A stretch of 39,828 bases of DNA from an uncultured Candidatus Saccharibacteria bacterium (GTDB taxonomy: Bacteria; Patescibacteriota; Minisyncoccia; 2-02-FULL-40-12; GWA2-44-9). The position numbers were made by a program, and so were the translations under genes. Positions 9,476 through 17,653 of this stretch are shown one piece after another (within the stretch, counting starts at the first letter, position 1; the number at the start of each line of letters is the position of its first letter). The notes under the pieces were generated by a model, which did not search any database, was not told the origin of the DNA, and worked only from the letters and a program-made list of their open reading frames with translations. The stretch is taken from contig CAZPLD010000002.1 in the NCBI GenBank assembly GCA_964587505.1, positions 1-39,828 of the forward strand, given 5' to 3'.

Positions 9476-10728
9476 ATAATTTTCGGCTTTGGTATGGGAA
9501 TAATAAATTTCCCGCCTTGTTTTTTAAATTCGGAGAGATTGGCCATAATTTCGTCCGCGAAATTCCAAGCCAATATTAATGCGTAATCGGGTTTCTTCTT
9601 TAAAAGATGGTCGTCCGAATATACCGGAATATGCATGCCGGGAGAATACCGGCCAATCTTTATTTGTGTTTTCTCGGTTAAAAAGTCCAGATAATTAACG
9701 TCGAGCTTGCAGTAATTCAAAAGAGTATTTCCTTTGGCCGGCGCCGTAACGCCAACAACAGTTTTTCCTTGTTTTTTCAAATCCATAATCAAGTTAAGCA
9801 GAGCCGTTCTTTGATTCTTTACTTTAGATGCAAAATTTTTCAATTTTTTTTCAGAATAAAGATCCTTTTCCTCATCAGTTAAACAAAGATTGACAGACTT
9901 TTTTACCGGATGTTTACCTTTTAAACCTATGTAATAGCGCATACTTCCGCCATGGATAGGCGATTTCTTAATATCAAATAACTCCAGACCAAACCTCTTC
10001 AAATAATGTTTTATCGGCTTAACGGATAGGTAGCAAACGTGTTCGTGATATATCGTATCGTATTCAAGATTATTAATCAGATCTAAAGCATATGGCGATT
10101 CAGCCACAATAACACCGTTCTTCGACAACAATCTGGCCATCCCTCTCACGGTGCTATCAAGTTCAAATATGTGTCCAAAACAATTAGTGGCAGTAATGAC
10201 CTTTGCCGAACCGTACTTTTGATGAATTTTGTCAGCTATTTCTTCGTTAAAAAAATCGATAATCGTATCAATACCGCTATCTATCGCTTTTTGGCCTGCC
10301 GTTTCGGACGGATCAACCCCGAGGACTTTGTATCCTAGATTTTTAAAACCTTGGAGTAGTACGCCTACATTGCTTCCTATATCTATCACCAATGAACCCT
10401 GGGGTGCTGAAAATTTTTTATCTATATCTTCCGCCATAGAATAATAATGTTCTCTTCCTGTCTTAGTAGTCGAAGATTCATAAGGATAGTCTCTTTGAAA
10501 CAAAATCTCAGGGTGGATTATGTAATCTATTTGCAGTAACCCGCACCTCCTACAACTAACCAGCCGCAAAGGATAATTAACTTCCTGGTCCAACAACTGA
10601 CTGGGTTTCAAAAATGCATCCGACGGGGGATGGTGTCCGAGGTCAAGCACGAGAAAAAGGTCGCTTCCGCGACACATATGACATTGGGTCACATATTTCC
10701 CGCTTTGTAATAGTCCCAATAAACTCAT
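9472..10728 (-). CDS. NDP-hexose C-methyltransferase family protein (TylCIII-like; Zn-ribbon + class I MTase + C-methyltransferase C-terminal domain)
   Basis: 418 aa. The N-terminal CHMC..x..DLGHHPPSDAF..NYPLRLVSCRRCGLLQI is the characteristic zinc-binding leader of this family. Motif I is VIDIGSNVG. Length and C-terminal domain fit TylCIII/EvaC-type enzymes. Confidence 0.8.
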   Translation of the reverse strand: MSLLGLLQSGKYVTQCHMCRGSDLFLVLDLGHHPPSDAFLKPSQLLDQEVNYPLRLVSCRRCGLLQIDYIIHPEILFQRDYPYESSTTKTGREHYYSMAEDIDKKFSAPQGSLVIDIGSNVGVLLQGFKNLGYKVLGVDPSETAGQKAIDSGIDTIIDFFNEEIADKIHQKYGSAKVITATNCFGHIFELDSTVRGMARLLSKNGVIVAESPYALDLINNLEYDTIYHEHVCYLSVKPIKHYLKRFGLELFDIKKSPIHGGSMRYYIGLKGKHPVKKSVNLCLTDEEKDLYSEKKLKNFASKVKNQRTALLNLIMDLKKQGKTVVGVTAPAKGNTLLNYCKLDVNYLDFLTEKTQIKIGRYSPGMHIPVYSDDHLLKKKPDYALILAWNFADEIMANLSEFKKQGGKFIIPIPKPKII

Positions 10729-10742
10729 GGTGGGTTAATAAG

Positions 10743-10790
10743 ATATTACAAAAAAAGCACTTGAAAAGCAAACATAAATTATGGTATAGT
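10743..10790. promoter_or_regulatory. Back-to-back divergent sigma70-like promoters. Minus strand: TTGCTT-17-TAATAT for the 8-gene operon. Plus strand: TTGAAA-18-TGgTATAGT for the SDR gene.
   Basis: Read from the sequence. Minus-strand -10 is at 10743-10748 and -35 at 10766-10771. Plus-strand -35 is at 10761-10766 and the extended -10 at 10782-10790. The two -35 boxes abut. Both leave only very short leaders. Confidence 0.45.
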
Positions 10791-10799
10791 TTTTTCATC

Positions 10800-11525
10800 T
10801 TGAAGAGATTTATCAATAAAAAAATAGTAGTGATCACTGGCGCATCGAGAGGCCTTGGCAAAGCCCTGGCTGAATCATTTTCTAATCCCGAGAATATTTT
10901 GGTCCTGTGTTCTAGAGACATAGAAGAATTAAAGACAGTTTGTGGCAGCTTAAAAAAGAAAGGAGCCAACTGTTATCCAGCCCGAGCAGATGTTGCAAAG
11001 AAAAAAGATATCGTTAAATTTATCCGAACAACCCTTAAAAAATTCTCAAAAATTGATATTTTGATCAATAATGCGGGAACTACTCATAAAGCAAAGCTAT
11101 TAGAAAAAATAGCTGACAAAGAGTTTGATCTGTGCCTCAAGACAAATCTTAATTCTGTTTTTTACACATTAAAAGAAGTGATTCCGTCAATGAAAAAAAG
11201 AGGGTCAGGAACTATAGTCACCATTTCCTCAACTGCAGGTAAACGAGGCAACCCTGATTTTGCCGCTTATTCAACAAGCAAGTTCGCCGTAACCGGATTA
11301 ATGCAATCTGCTGCTCGTTATTTAGGCAACTATAAAATTAGGTGCATTACCATTTTACCGGCCGGAATGAATACGGCTATGAGAAGATACATACTCGGGA
11401 AAGAAGATGCAAACAAACAGCAACCTCCAGAATCGGTAGCAGAAATAATCAAAAACATAATTGAAGATCCGATTAAATTCCCAAACGGCTCGGAAATAGA
11501 GATACGCGACAGTAAGATTATTTGA
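10800..11525 (+). CDS. Classical short-chain dehydrogenase/reductase (SDR)
   Basis: KKIVVITGASRGLGKA (TGxxxGxG), NNAG, and the catalytic S..YSTSK. I place the start at the in-frame TTG at 10800. The longer ORF-track start at 10614 would run antisense through the C-methyltransferase and across the promoter region. Start uncertain. Confidence 0.75.
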   Translation: MKRFINKKIVVITGASRGLGKALAESFSNPENILVLCSRDIEELKTVCGSLKKKGANCYPARADVAKKKDIVKFIRTTLKKFSKIDILINNAGTTHKAKLLEKIADKEFDLCLKTNLNSVFYTLKEVIPSMKKRGSGTIVTISSTAGKRGNPDFAAYSTSKFAVTGLMQSAARYLGNYKIRCITILPAGMNTAMRRYILGKEDANKQQPPESVAEIIKNIIEDPIKFPNGSEIEIRDSKII

Positions 11526-11910
11526 CTAACTGAACCTTAAAAGTATCCTCTTCAAAACTTTTCATGTCTCGAGAATAGTCGGTTAAAACAATGATGGATG
11601 ACTTTTTTGTGGCAATATAAGCATGGATAAATCCCGGGGGGATCGAAACAAAATCTCCGGGTCCCGTAATCTTGGTCGTTTTTTTACCGCCTTGAAAATG
11701 CTTAGTTACTAATTTTATCTCCCCATCAAGAACATATGTGTATTGGGTCTGTTTTTTGTGATAATGATTTGCCCTAACGACACCCTTTTCAAAAGTAATA
11801 AACCCAACATGCTTAATGGGCACTTTTTCCAAAATATCAACTATCGCCCCTCTTTTATCAGTATGGATCGGCTTGATTTTCCTAAAAGTAACCTTGGCTA
11901 AATTTTTCAT
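11518..11910 (-). CDS. Cupin-fold sugar-nucleotide enzyme (FdtA/WxcM-like 3,4-ketoisomerase or RmlC-like epimerase)
   Basis: HTDKRGAIVDILE resembles the D-x-RG-x-L motif of FdtA/WxcM-type proteins. The cupin His cluster is ANHYHKK..YVLDGE..PPGFIHA. Start set at the internal ATG (MKNLAK, 11910). The ORF-track extension to 11994 is hydrophobic and overlaps the neighbouring gene. Confidence 0.6.
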   Translation of the reverse strand: MKNLAKVTFRKIKPIHTDKRGAIVDILEKVPIKHVGFITFEKGVVRANHYHKKQTQYTYVLDGEIKLVTKHFQGGKKTTKITGPGDFVSIPPGFIHAYIATKKSSIIVLTDYSRDMKSFEEDTFKVQLVK

Positions 11911-11962
11911 ATCACAAAATATCATACAAAAAATATGTTTGAAAAGCAAGTAAAAGTATCGT

Positions 11963-13321
11963 ATGATGGCTCCTGTGTGGTGGGAAAAACTCAAAAACGA
12001 AATACTGGATACCGATCTGTATACCCGCTCGGGAACGGAAGTCGGGGTTTCGAACGGAACTCTTAAATTAGAGGAAAGAGATGGAGATTATTTTACGGTT
12101 AAGGTTTCCGATGAAGACATACCCGAAGTATCCTATAGGGCATCCTCCGATTTGGTCACAAATTATCCCAAACTAAATCAGTTTGTTTTTGGAAAACTAC
12201 CCAAAAACTGGCTAATTGGTAACTATAAAAAGATATTCGTCGGCCATATCATAAACAAAGATATCCGGAGAAATGCTTCTTCGGGAGGAATTATTAGCGG
12301 AACTCAGCTTTATCTTTTAAAAAAAGGTGTAATTGAAGGGGCAATTACACTTCGAATGCGCTACGACAAGCCCTACCTAACAGAGCCGATCATAGCCAAG
12401 GATGAAGAGGACATAAGAGAAGGCGCCCAGAGCAAATATACCACAGCCCCGTTAAACCAGATTCTTGCTGAACTTCCGGGAAGTTATCAATCTCTTTCTT
12501 ATACCGGCTTGCCTGAACAAATAGCCTCAATAAGAAAGCTTCAAATACTCGGCCATCCCAGCGTAAAGCCAATACAATATATTTTGGGATTTTTTTATGG
12601 TGAGACCCTTGGATTCAGCGCGATAAAAAGTTTGTTGCGAGCTCATGGAGAAAAAAGTGTAGGCCAGATAAAATCACTCTCCTTCAGAGCTGGAGAATGG
12701 CCGGGACATCTTAGGGCGGAATTAAAAAATGGCAAGGTCATAAACGTTAAAAAATTCTACGCTAACTATCTAAGCCCGTCGCACATTACAAAATACTCTC
12801 TCTATCAAGTTGACTATACAGCTGAACTGGCAGATATTTCTTCTGGAGACGCCTGGGCACCTGTCTACGAAGAGCGGGGCAAGGGTTGGTCAGTAGTAAT
12901 TGCAAGAACACAGAAGGGGCTTGAACTCCTGGAAGAAATGATGGAAAACAAGATAATAAACCTTAAGGAAATATCCGAAAAAGAACTCATCAACATGCAT
13001 TCCCTTGGTCTTGATATCAAAAAAAGGGGCGCATTTATAAGAATCGAAAGGAGGCAAAAGAAAGGCCTGCCTGTTCCTGAATTTGGCTATAAACCGGTTA
13101 ATATTACAAAGTCAAGAAAACTTTTCGAATCATTCGTCGGATTTACCATATGGCTTTTTCATTTAAAAGTTATGGTCTGGATTTTGGAGAAAATGCCGGT
13201 CTCGATTATCGGACAATTATTTGTCTATACTCGAAGCATTTGGAAGAAATCAACAAAAACAGTTAAAAAAGAGGGGTTAGAAGGTTTAAAATTCGAAATT
13301 AAATCATTACCGGACTTATAA
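11963..13321 (+). CDS. FrhB/FdhB-like flavoprotein (coenzyme F420 hydrogenase/dehydrogenase beta-subunit family, the type found in polysaccharide loci)
   Basis: 452 aa. RRNASSGGIISG and the overall layout resemble the FrhB_FdhB N and C domains. The N-terminal segment looks like a 4Fe-4S ferredoxin motif that has lost all its cysteines (see findings). Confidence 0.55.
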   Translation: MMAPVWWEKLKNEILDTDLYTRSGTEVGVSNGTLKLEERDGDYFTVKVSDEDIPEVSYRASSDLVTNYPKLNQFVFGKLPKNWLIGNYKKIFVGHIINKDIRRNASSGGIISGTQLYLLKKGVIEGAITLRMRYDKPYLTEPIIAKDEEDIREGAQSKYTTAPLNQILAELPGSYQSLSYTGLPEQIASIRKLQILGHPSVKPIQYILGFFYGETLGFSAIKSLLRAHGEKSVGQIKSLSFRAGEWPGHLRAELKNGKVINVKKFYANYLSPSHITKYSLYQVDYTAELADISSGDAWAPVYEERGKGWSVVIARTQKGLELLEEMMENKIINLKEISEKELINMHSLGLDIKKRGAFIRIERRQKKGLPVPEFGYKPVNITKSRKLFESFVGFTIWLFHLKVMVWILEKMPVSIIGQLFVYTRSIWKKSTKTVKKEGLEGLKFEIKSLPDL

Positions 13322-13326
13322 ATTTT

Positions 13327-14037
13327 ATGGAAAACACATTTACAATAGACGAGGTAAGAAGTTTTTGGGACAAAACGGCTCTTGTTTATGAGCCTCTTAA
13401 TAAAAAGGTGGGGTATGTCCACACACAGAGATTTGAAAAAGCAATGGAATTCGGAAAAATCAAGCCAGGGCAAAAAATATTAAACATCTGGTCAAGAACC
13501 GGATTGTTAATCTCTTATTTGAGGGGGGTTGAAAACTTAGAAATTCACAATAGAGAAGTATCTTTAGAAATGATTAAAATTGCCCAAGGAAGATATCCAA
13601 AAGAAGAATTCGAGTTAACCGATCTTGAAAACTTATCCGAATTCGATAACAACTGCTTTGACAGGATTATTTCTCTTGAGACATTAGAACATACGCCAAA
13701 ACCGACAGTATTTTTAAAAGAACTGCATAGAATTCTCAAACCGGATGGAATTTTGATCATGAGCTTGCCGCCTAAGGGAGAAGAAGTTCCTGAATTCATT
13801 TACAAACTGTTCTTCAAAGACCACGGCGAAGGACCTCATAACTTCCTTTGGCCAAAGGACGTGAAGAAATTAATTCGAGAGTCAGGCCTTACTTTATTGT
13901 CCCATAAACCATACATCATATTCCCTTTTGGAAACGATGCCGTCATGAAACGGGGTGAAAAGATACTTACTGGTTTATTTGGCAAAACCCCCCTCGCCAA
14001 CTTTGGCGTCAGACATTTCTATGTTTGTAAAAAATAA
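13327..14037 (+). CDS. Class I methyltransferase-fold protein (Methyltransf_11-like) with atypical motif I
   Basis: FDRIISLETLEHTPKP and LKPDGILIMSLPP are typical, but motif I reads ILNIWSRTG instead of hhDhGxGxG. Confidence 0.65.
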   Translation: MENTFTIDEVRSFWDKTALVYEPLNKKVGYVHTQRFEKAMEFGKIKPGQKILNIWSRTGLLISYLRGVENLEIHNREVSLEMIKIAQGRYPKEEFELTDLENLSEFDNNCFDRIISLETLEHTPKPTVFLKELHRILKPDGILIMSLPPKGEEVPEFIYKLFFKDHGEGPHNFLWPKDVKKLIRESGLTLLSHKPYIIFPFGNDAVMKRGEKILTGLFGKTPLANFGVRHFYVCKK

Positions 14038-14051
14038 TGTAACCTTACCAT

Positions 14052-16019
14052 ATGTGCGGAATATTTGGTTTTGTAAAAACTAAAGAATCGGCTGGAATTT
14101 CGGATAAGAATCTTTTAATAAATCTCATTAAATTATCTGAATCAAGAGGTAAAGAATCATCCGGAATTGCATATAGAAACAGTGATAAAATAGGCGTTTT
14201 AAAGATGCCCGAAAGAGGATCGCGGCTAATCGAAAGTCCTGTATATAAAAAAATCATTGCGAAGAATCTTAGGCCGCCTTTTGCTGTTATGGGTCACGCC
14301 CGATTAGTAACAAACGGGCTGCTCGAGGATAATCTAAACAATCAGCCGGTTATTAAAGATGGGGTTGTTGGAATACACAATGGCATTATCGTAAACGACT
14401 CTCAAATTTGGAAAAAATTTAGCAGTTTATCTAAAAACAGCAGCGTTGATACTGAAGCATTACTTGCGCTTATCAGACATTTCGAAAAAGACGGTAAGTC
14501 TTTACCTAATGCAATCATTGCTTCTTTCAAAGAAATCGAGGGTACGGCATCTGTTGCCTTGCTCTTTAATAACTTCCCTTATTTATTGCTTGCAACAAAT
14601 AACGGCTCGCTTTATTTTGCAGAAAAAAATAATTTATTAATTTTTGCTTCTGAAGAATTTATTCTAAATTCTTTACTTAATAAAGTCGGCCTTAGCAAGT
14701 TAAAAATCCAAAGAATAGAACCAAACGAGGCTTATTTAATTAAAATCAATGACTTTGATAAAACAAAATTCTCATTAAGCTACCTGGACAACGGCAGATT
14801 CTATCCCATTAAATCTCAAGCAGAATTGAGCATTGACGATTTATCTGACTACAAAAAAACAAATGGCGACTTGCCCCCAAGTCTTGTAACTGACATTAAA
14901 ATACCTGAAAGTTTTCCAATGTTAGATGATCATTCCGTTAGTTTTCTTCGGAGATGTTCAAAATGCATCCTCCCGGAAACTATGCCGTTTATTAATTTTG
15001 ACATTAACGGGGTTTGTAATTATTGTCGAAACTACCAAAAAATTAAATTCCGGCCGGAGAGCGACCTTAAGCAGTTAATTTTAAGCAAAAAAGATATAAA
15101 TTCAAAGTTTGATTGCGTTGTCCCATTAAGCGGCGGCAGAGACTCGAGTTTCGCGCTTCACTACACAAAAAAAGTGCTGGAACTGAATCCCATTGCCTAT
15201 TCTTACGACTGGGGAATGCTTACTGATCTTGGCAGAAGAAATCAGGCCAGAATGTGCGGGAAACTCGGGGTAGAACACATATTAGTTTCGGCTGATATCA
15301 GAAAAAAAAGAAACAACATAAGAAAAAACGTGCTGGCTTGGTTAAAAAAACCCGACCTTGGAATAGTCCCTCTTTTTATGGCAGGAGATAAACAGTATTT
15401 TTATTTTGCGAATCAATTGAGTAAAAACATCGGCGGTGCGCCTATTTTATACGCAGAAAATCCTTACGAGAAAACTGACTTTAAATCAGGTTTTTGCGGA
15501 GTGCCTCCCGTGTTTAATATTGAGCATACATATAATCTCGGTCTTGCCAATAAAATTAAATTGGGTAGCCATTACCTCAAAGAGTTCGTAAAAAATCCCG
15601 CTCTAATTAATTCGTCGGCGATTGACACGCTTGGTGCATATATTTCATCTTATTTCATTTCTCATGATTATCTATCTCTGTATTTATATAAAAAATGGAA
15701 TGAAGAGGAAATTACTTCAACACTTACAAATCAATATGGTTGGGAATTAGCCACTGATACCAAAACCAGCTGGCGAATCGGAGACGGCACAGCTGCTTTG
15801 TATAATTTTATATATTATTCGATTGCGGGTTTCACGGAGGCAGATACTTTCCGTAGCAACCAGATAAGAGGAGGAGAAATCAGCCGCGATTTAGCTCTTA
15901 AGCTTGTCCGAGAAGAAAATATTCCAAGATATGAGTCAATAAAATGGTATTGTGATATTATCGGCATCGATTTTAAGGATACCCTCAATAAGATTCTGAG
16001 CATTCCTAAACTATACTAA
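14052..16019 (+). CDS. Fusion protein: class-II (Ntn) glutamine amidotransferase domain + WbpG/PseA/WbuX-like N-acetyl-sugar amidotransferase (PP-loop ATP pyrophosphatase)
   Basis: The N-terminus MCGIFGF carries the catalytic Cys2 of Ntn amidotransferases, followed by a GATase-II-like region of about 220 aa. Then come the zinc ribbon CSKCILPETMPFINFDINGVCNYC and the PP-loop VPLSGGRDSS, as in WbpG-type enzymes. Confidence 0.75.
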   Translation: MCGIFGFVKTKESAGISDKNLLINLIKLSESRGKESSGIAYRNSDKIGVLKMPERGSRLIESPVYKKIIAKNLRPPFAVMGHARLVTNGLLEDNLNNQPVIKDGVVGIHNGIIVNDSQIWKKFSSLSKNSSVDTEALLALIRHFEKDGKSLPNAIIASFKEIEGTASVALLFNNFPYLLLATNNGSLYFAEKNNLLIFASEEFILNSLLNKVGLSKLKIQRIEPNEAYLIKINDFDKTKFSLSYLDNGRFYPIKSQAELSIDDLSDYKKTNGDLPPSLVTDIKIPESFPMLDDHSVSFLRRCSKCILPETMPFINFDINGVCNYCRNYQKIKFRPESDLKQLILSKKDINSKFDCVVPLSGGRDSSFALHYTKKVLELNPIAYSYDWGMLTDLGRRNQARMCGKLGVEHILVSADIRKKRNNIRKNVLAWLKKPDLGIVPLFMAGDKQYFYFANQLSKNIGGAPILYAENPYEKTDFKSGFCGVPPVFNIEHTYNLGLANKIKLGSHYLKEFVKNPALINSSAIDTLGAYISSYFISHDYLSLYLYKKWNEEEITSTLTNQYGWELATDTKTSWRIGDGTAALYNFIYYSIAGFTEADTFRSNQIRGGEISRDLALKLVREENIPRYESIKWYCDIIGIDFKDTLNKILSIPKLY

Positions 16020-17590
16020 GGAATACTCCGAACAGATACTTGGGATTTTATTTTATCAGTAAGATCTTCGTCATATCCCAGAACAGCGCTTATATTATAA
16101 GCGTCAAAAGCTTTTTTTAGATTTTTATCAGAAATTAGCTGTTCTATGGTTTTAGGGTCAAAATAAACCACATCGTGATCTATTTGATAATTTAAAGAGC
16201 GGACGGATACCGGATGAATACCAACCGCATATACTCCTCCAAGGTCATTCCAACCGCTTATTTTATTTTTTATGTTCAACACAATTTCTTCGTTAGAAGA
16301 CCTATAAACATCGTGTAGTTTCCATTTGTTGGCATAAGAAAGGTGGCTCACAAAAAGAATAAGGACAGTCGAACCGATAATCGTTTTCCTAAATGTTCCG
16401 GCGCTAATAATTTCAATCAAACGATAGAGCCCCAAACCGGTTAAGGTTGAAAAAATAAATACGGTTTCCATAAAATGATCCCAATTCCCCGTTTTGTTAT
16501 ATACCAGATAACCAATCCACAAAATCCACCACAATACAAAAAGTCCCAATATTTTTTTATTGAAACGATATAAACTGAACAAGCCCAACAACATTAATCC
16601 AAGAACAACCGGCCCCCCCATATTTGTCAAATTAATTGTCTCTTTAATATAAAATCTAAAAGAGTCAAAGTAGGCACCCAATCTTTCGGAGAAACTGACA
16701 TCATAGCCCCATTGAGCGGCAAATAAAACTTGCGTCCTGCCTAAACCCCGATCATACATTTCTTTTATAAAATTGTCCTTGTCAAAATAAAAAGTGTAAG
16801 GATCGCGAAAAAATTCACCTACTAGATCAAAGGATTGCTGTTCTATATTTGTGTAGTAGGCATTTGGCACGCCAATCCAAGAAACAGGCGTAAGAGTAAA
16901 CCCGAATAAAACAACAAATGGTATAAGAAAGATTAGGCTTCTTTTATAAGATTTATTTATAAAAAGATCGCACAAGAAAAACGGTACAAATGAAATTGCG
17001 AAAGCATTTCTGGAAAGAGCAGCTAAAGCAAAAAATATACTAGCCGCCAAAACCCTAATTTTTTCAGCTTGAAAAGGACCATTTTTAGATCCAAGATAAG
17101 ACCACAGGGCAAGGCCAAAAAATAAAATCCCCCATTCATAAAATCCGCCGTGTATAGCTCCTGTGGCCATAACTGGCATAAACGCGCCCGCAGTAGACGA
17201 CATAAAACCAACAATGGTCCCAAACAATCGCGCAGAAAGCAAAAAAATTAAAACATTAAAAAGAGCAAAAAGAATCGTTGACACGAGAAGGGGCAGAGCC
17301 GGTTTAAACCCAAAATATTTAAATATCTGGCCGTAAATTATTGGGGTCAGAGGATTGAAAATTCCTTTTTCTACTCCAAACCGATTAACATTTTCTGAAG
17401 AAAGAAGCGTGCCGATTGAGTTTTCGATCTTATATGTTCCGGCAGCTGAAAAATTTCTTGCTTCCATCAGATTTTGATAATCCGCTCCGGCAGAATAACC
17501 TTTTTTGTAGACCGGATAGTAGTATGCGGCAACTGAAACGAAAAAAATTATCAAAACCAACAGGACTTTGGTGTGTGATTTATTATACAT
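16016..17590 (-). CDS. GT-C-fold membrane glycosyltransferase (ArnT/PMT_2-like)
   Basis: 524 aa and polytopic. The first extracytoplasmic loop carries GADYQNLMEARNFSAAGTY, resembling the acidic loop-1 motif of ArnT/PMT-type enzymes. It is divergently paired with a GtrB-like GT2. Confidence 0.6.
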   Translation of the reverse strand: MYNKSHTKVLLVLIIFFVSVAAYYYPVYKKGYSAGADYQNLMEARNFSAAGTYKIENSIGTLLSSENVNRFGVEKGIFNPLTPIIYGQIFKYFGFKPALPLLVSTILFALFNVLIFLLSARLFGTIVGFMSSTAGAFMPVMATGAIHGGFYEWGILFFGLALWSYLGSKNGPFQAEKIRVLAASIFFALAALSRNAFAISFVPFFLCDLFINKSYKRSLIFLIPFVVLFGFTLTPVSWIGVPNAYYTNIEQQSFDLVGEFFRDPYTFYFDKDNFIKEMYDRGLGRTQVLFAAQWGYDVSFSERLGAYFDSFRFYIKETINLTNMGGPVVLGLMLLGLFSLYRFNKKILGLFVLWWILWIGYLVYNKTGNWDHFMETVFIFSTLTGLGLYRLIEIISAGTFRKTIIGSTVLILFVSHLSYANKWKLHDVYRSSNEEIVLNIKNKISGWNDLGGVYAVGIHPVSVRSLNYQIDHDVVYFDPKTIEQLISDKNLKKAFDAYNISAVLGYDEDLTDKIKSQVSVRSIP

Positions 17591-17653
17591 CTAAAGATTA
17601 ATCGTACTATAACTTACTTGAAAAGTAAACCAGAATATGACATAATATCTACA

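Noticed and set aside
10614-10799. The long N-terminal extension of the SDR ORF in the track (303 aa starting at 10614).
   Set aside because: The extension runs antisense through the 5' end of the C-methyltransferase and across the divergent promoter. It has no SDR-like sequence. A TTG at 10800 gives a normal SDR N-terminus of about 241 aa (MKRFINKKIVVITGASRGLG).
11911-11994. The N-terminal 28-aa extension of the cupin ORF (MSFSHHTGAIIRYFYLLFKHIFCMIFCD).
   Set aside because: It is a hydrophobic, low-complexity stretch that overlaps the start of the FrhB-like gene. The internal ATG at 11910 (MKNLAK) gives a typical small cupin of about 130 aa.
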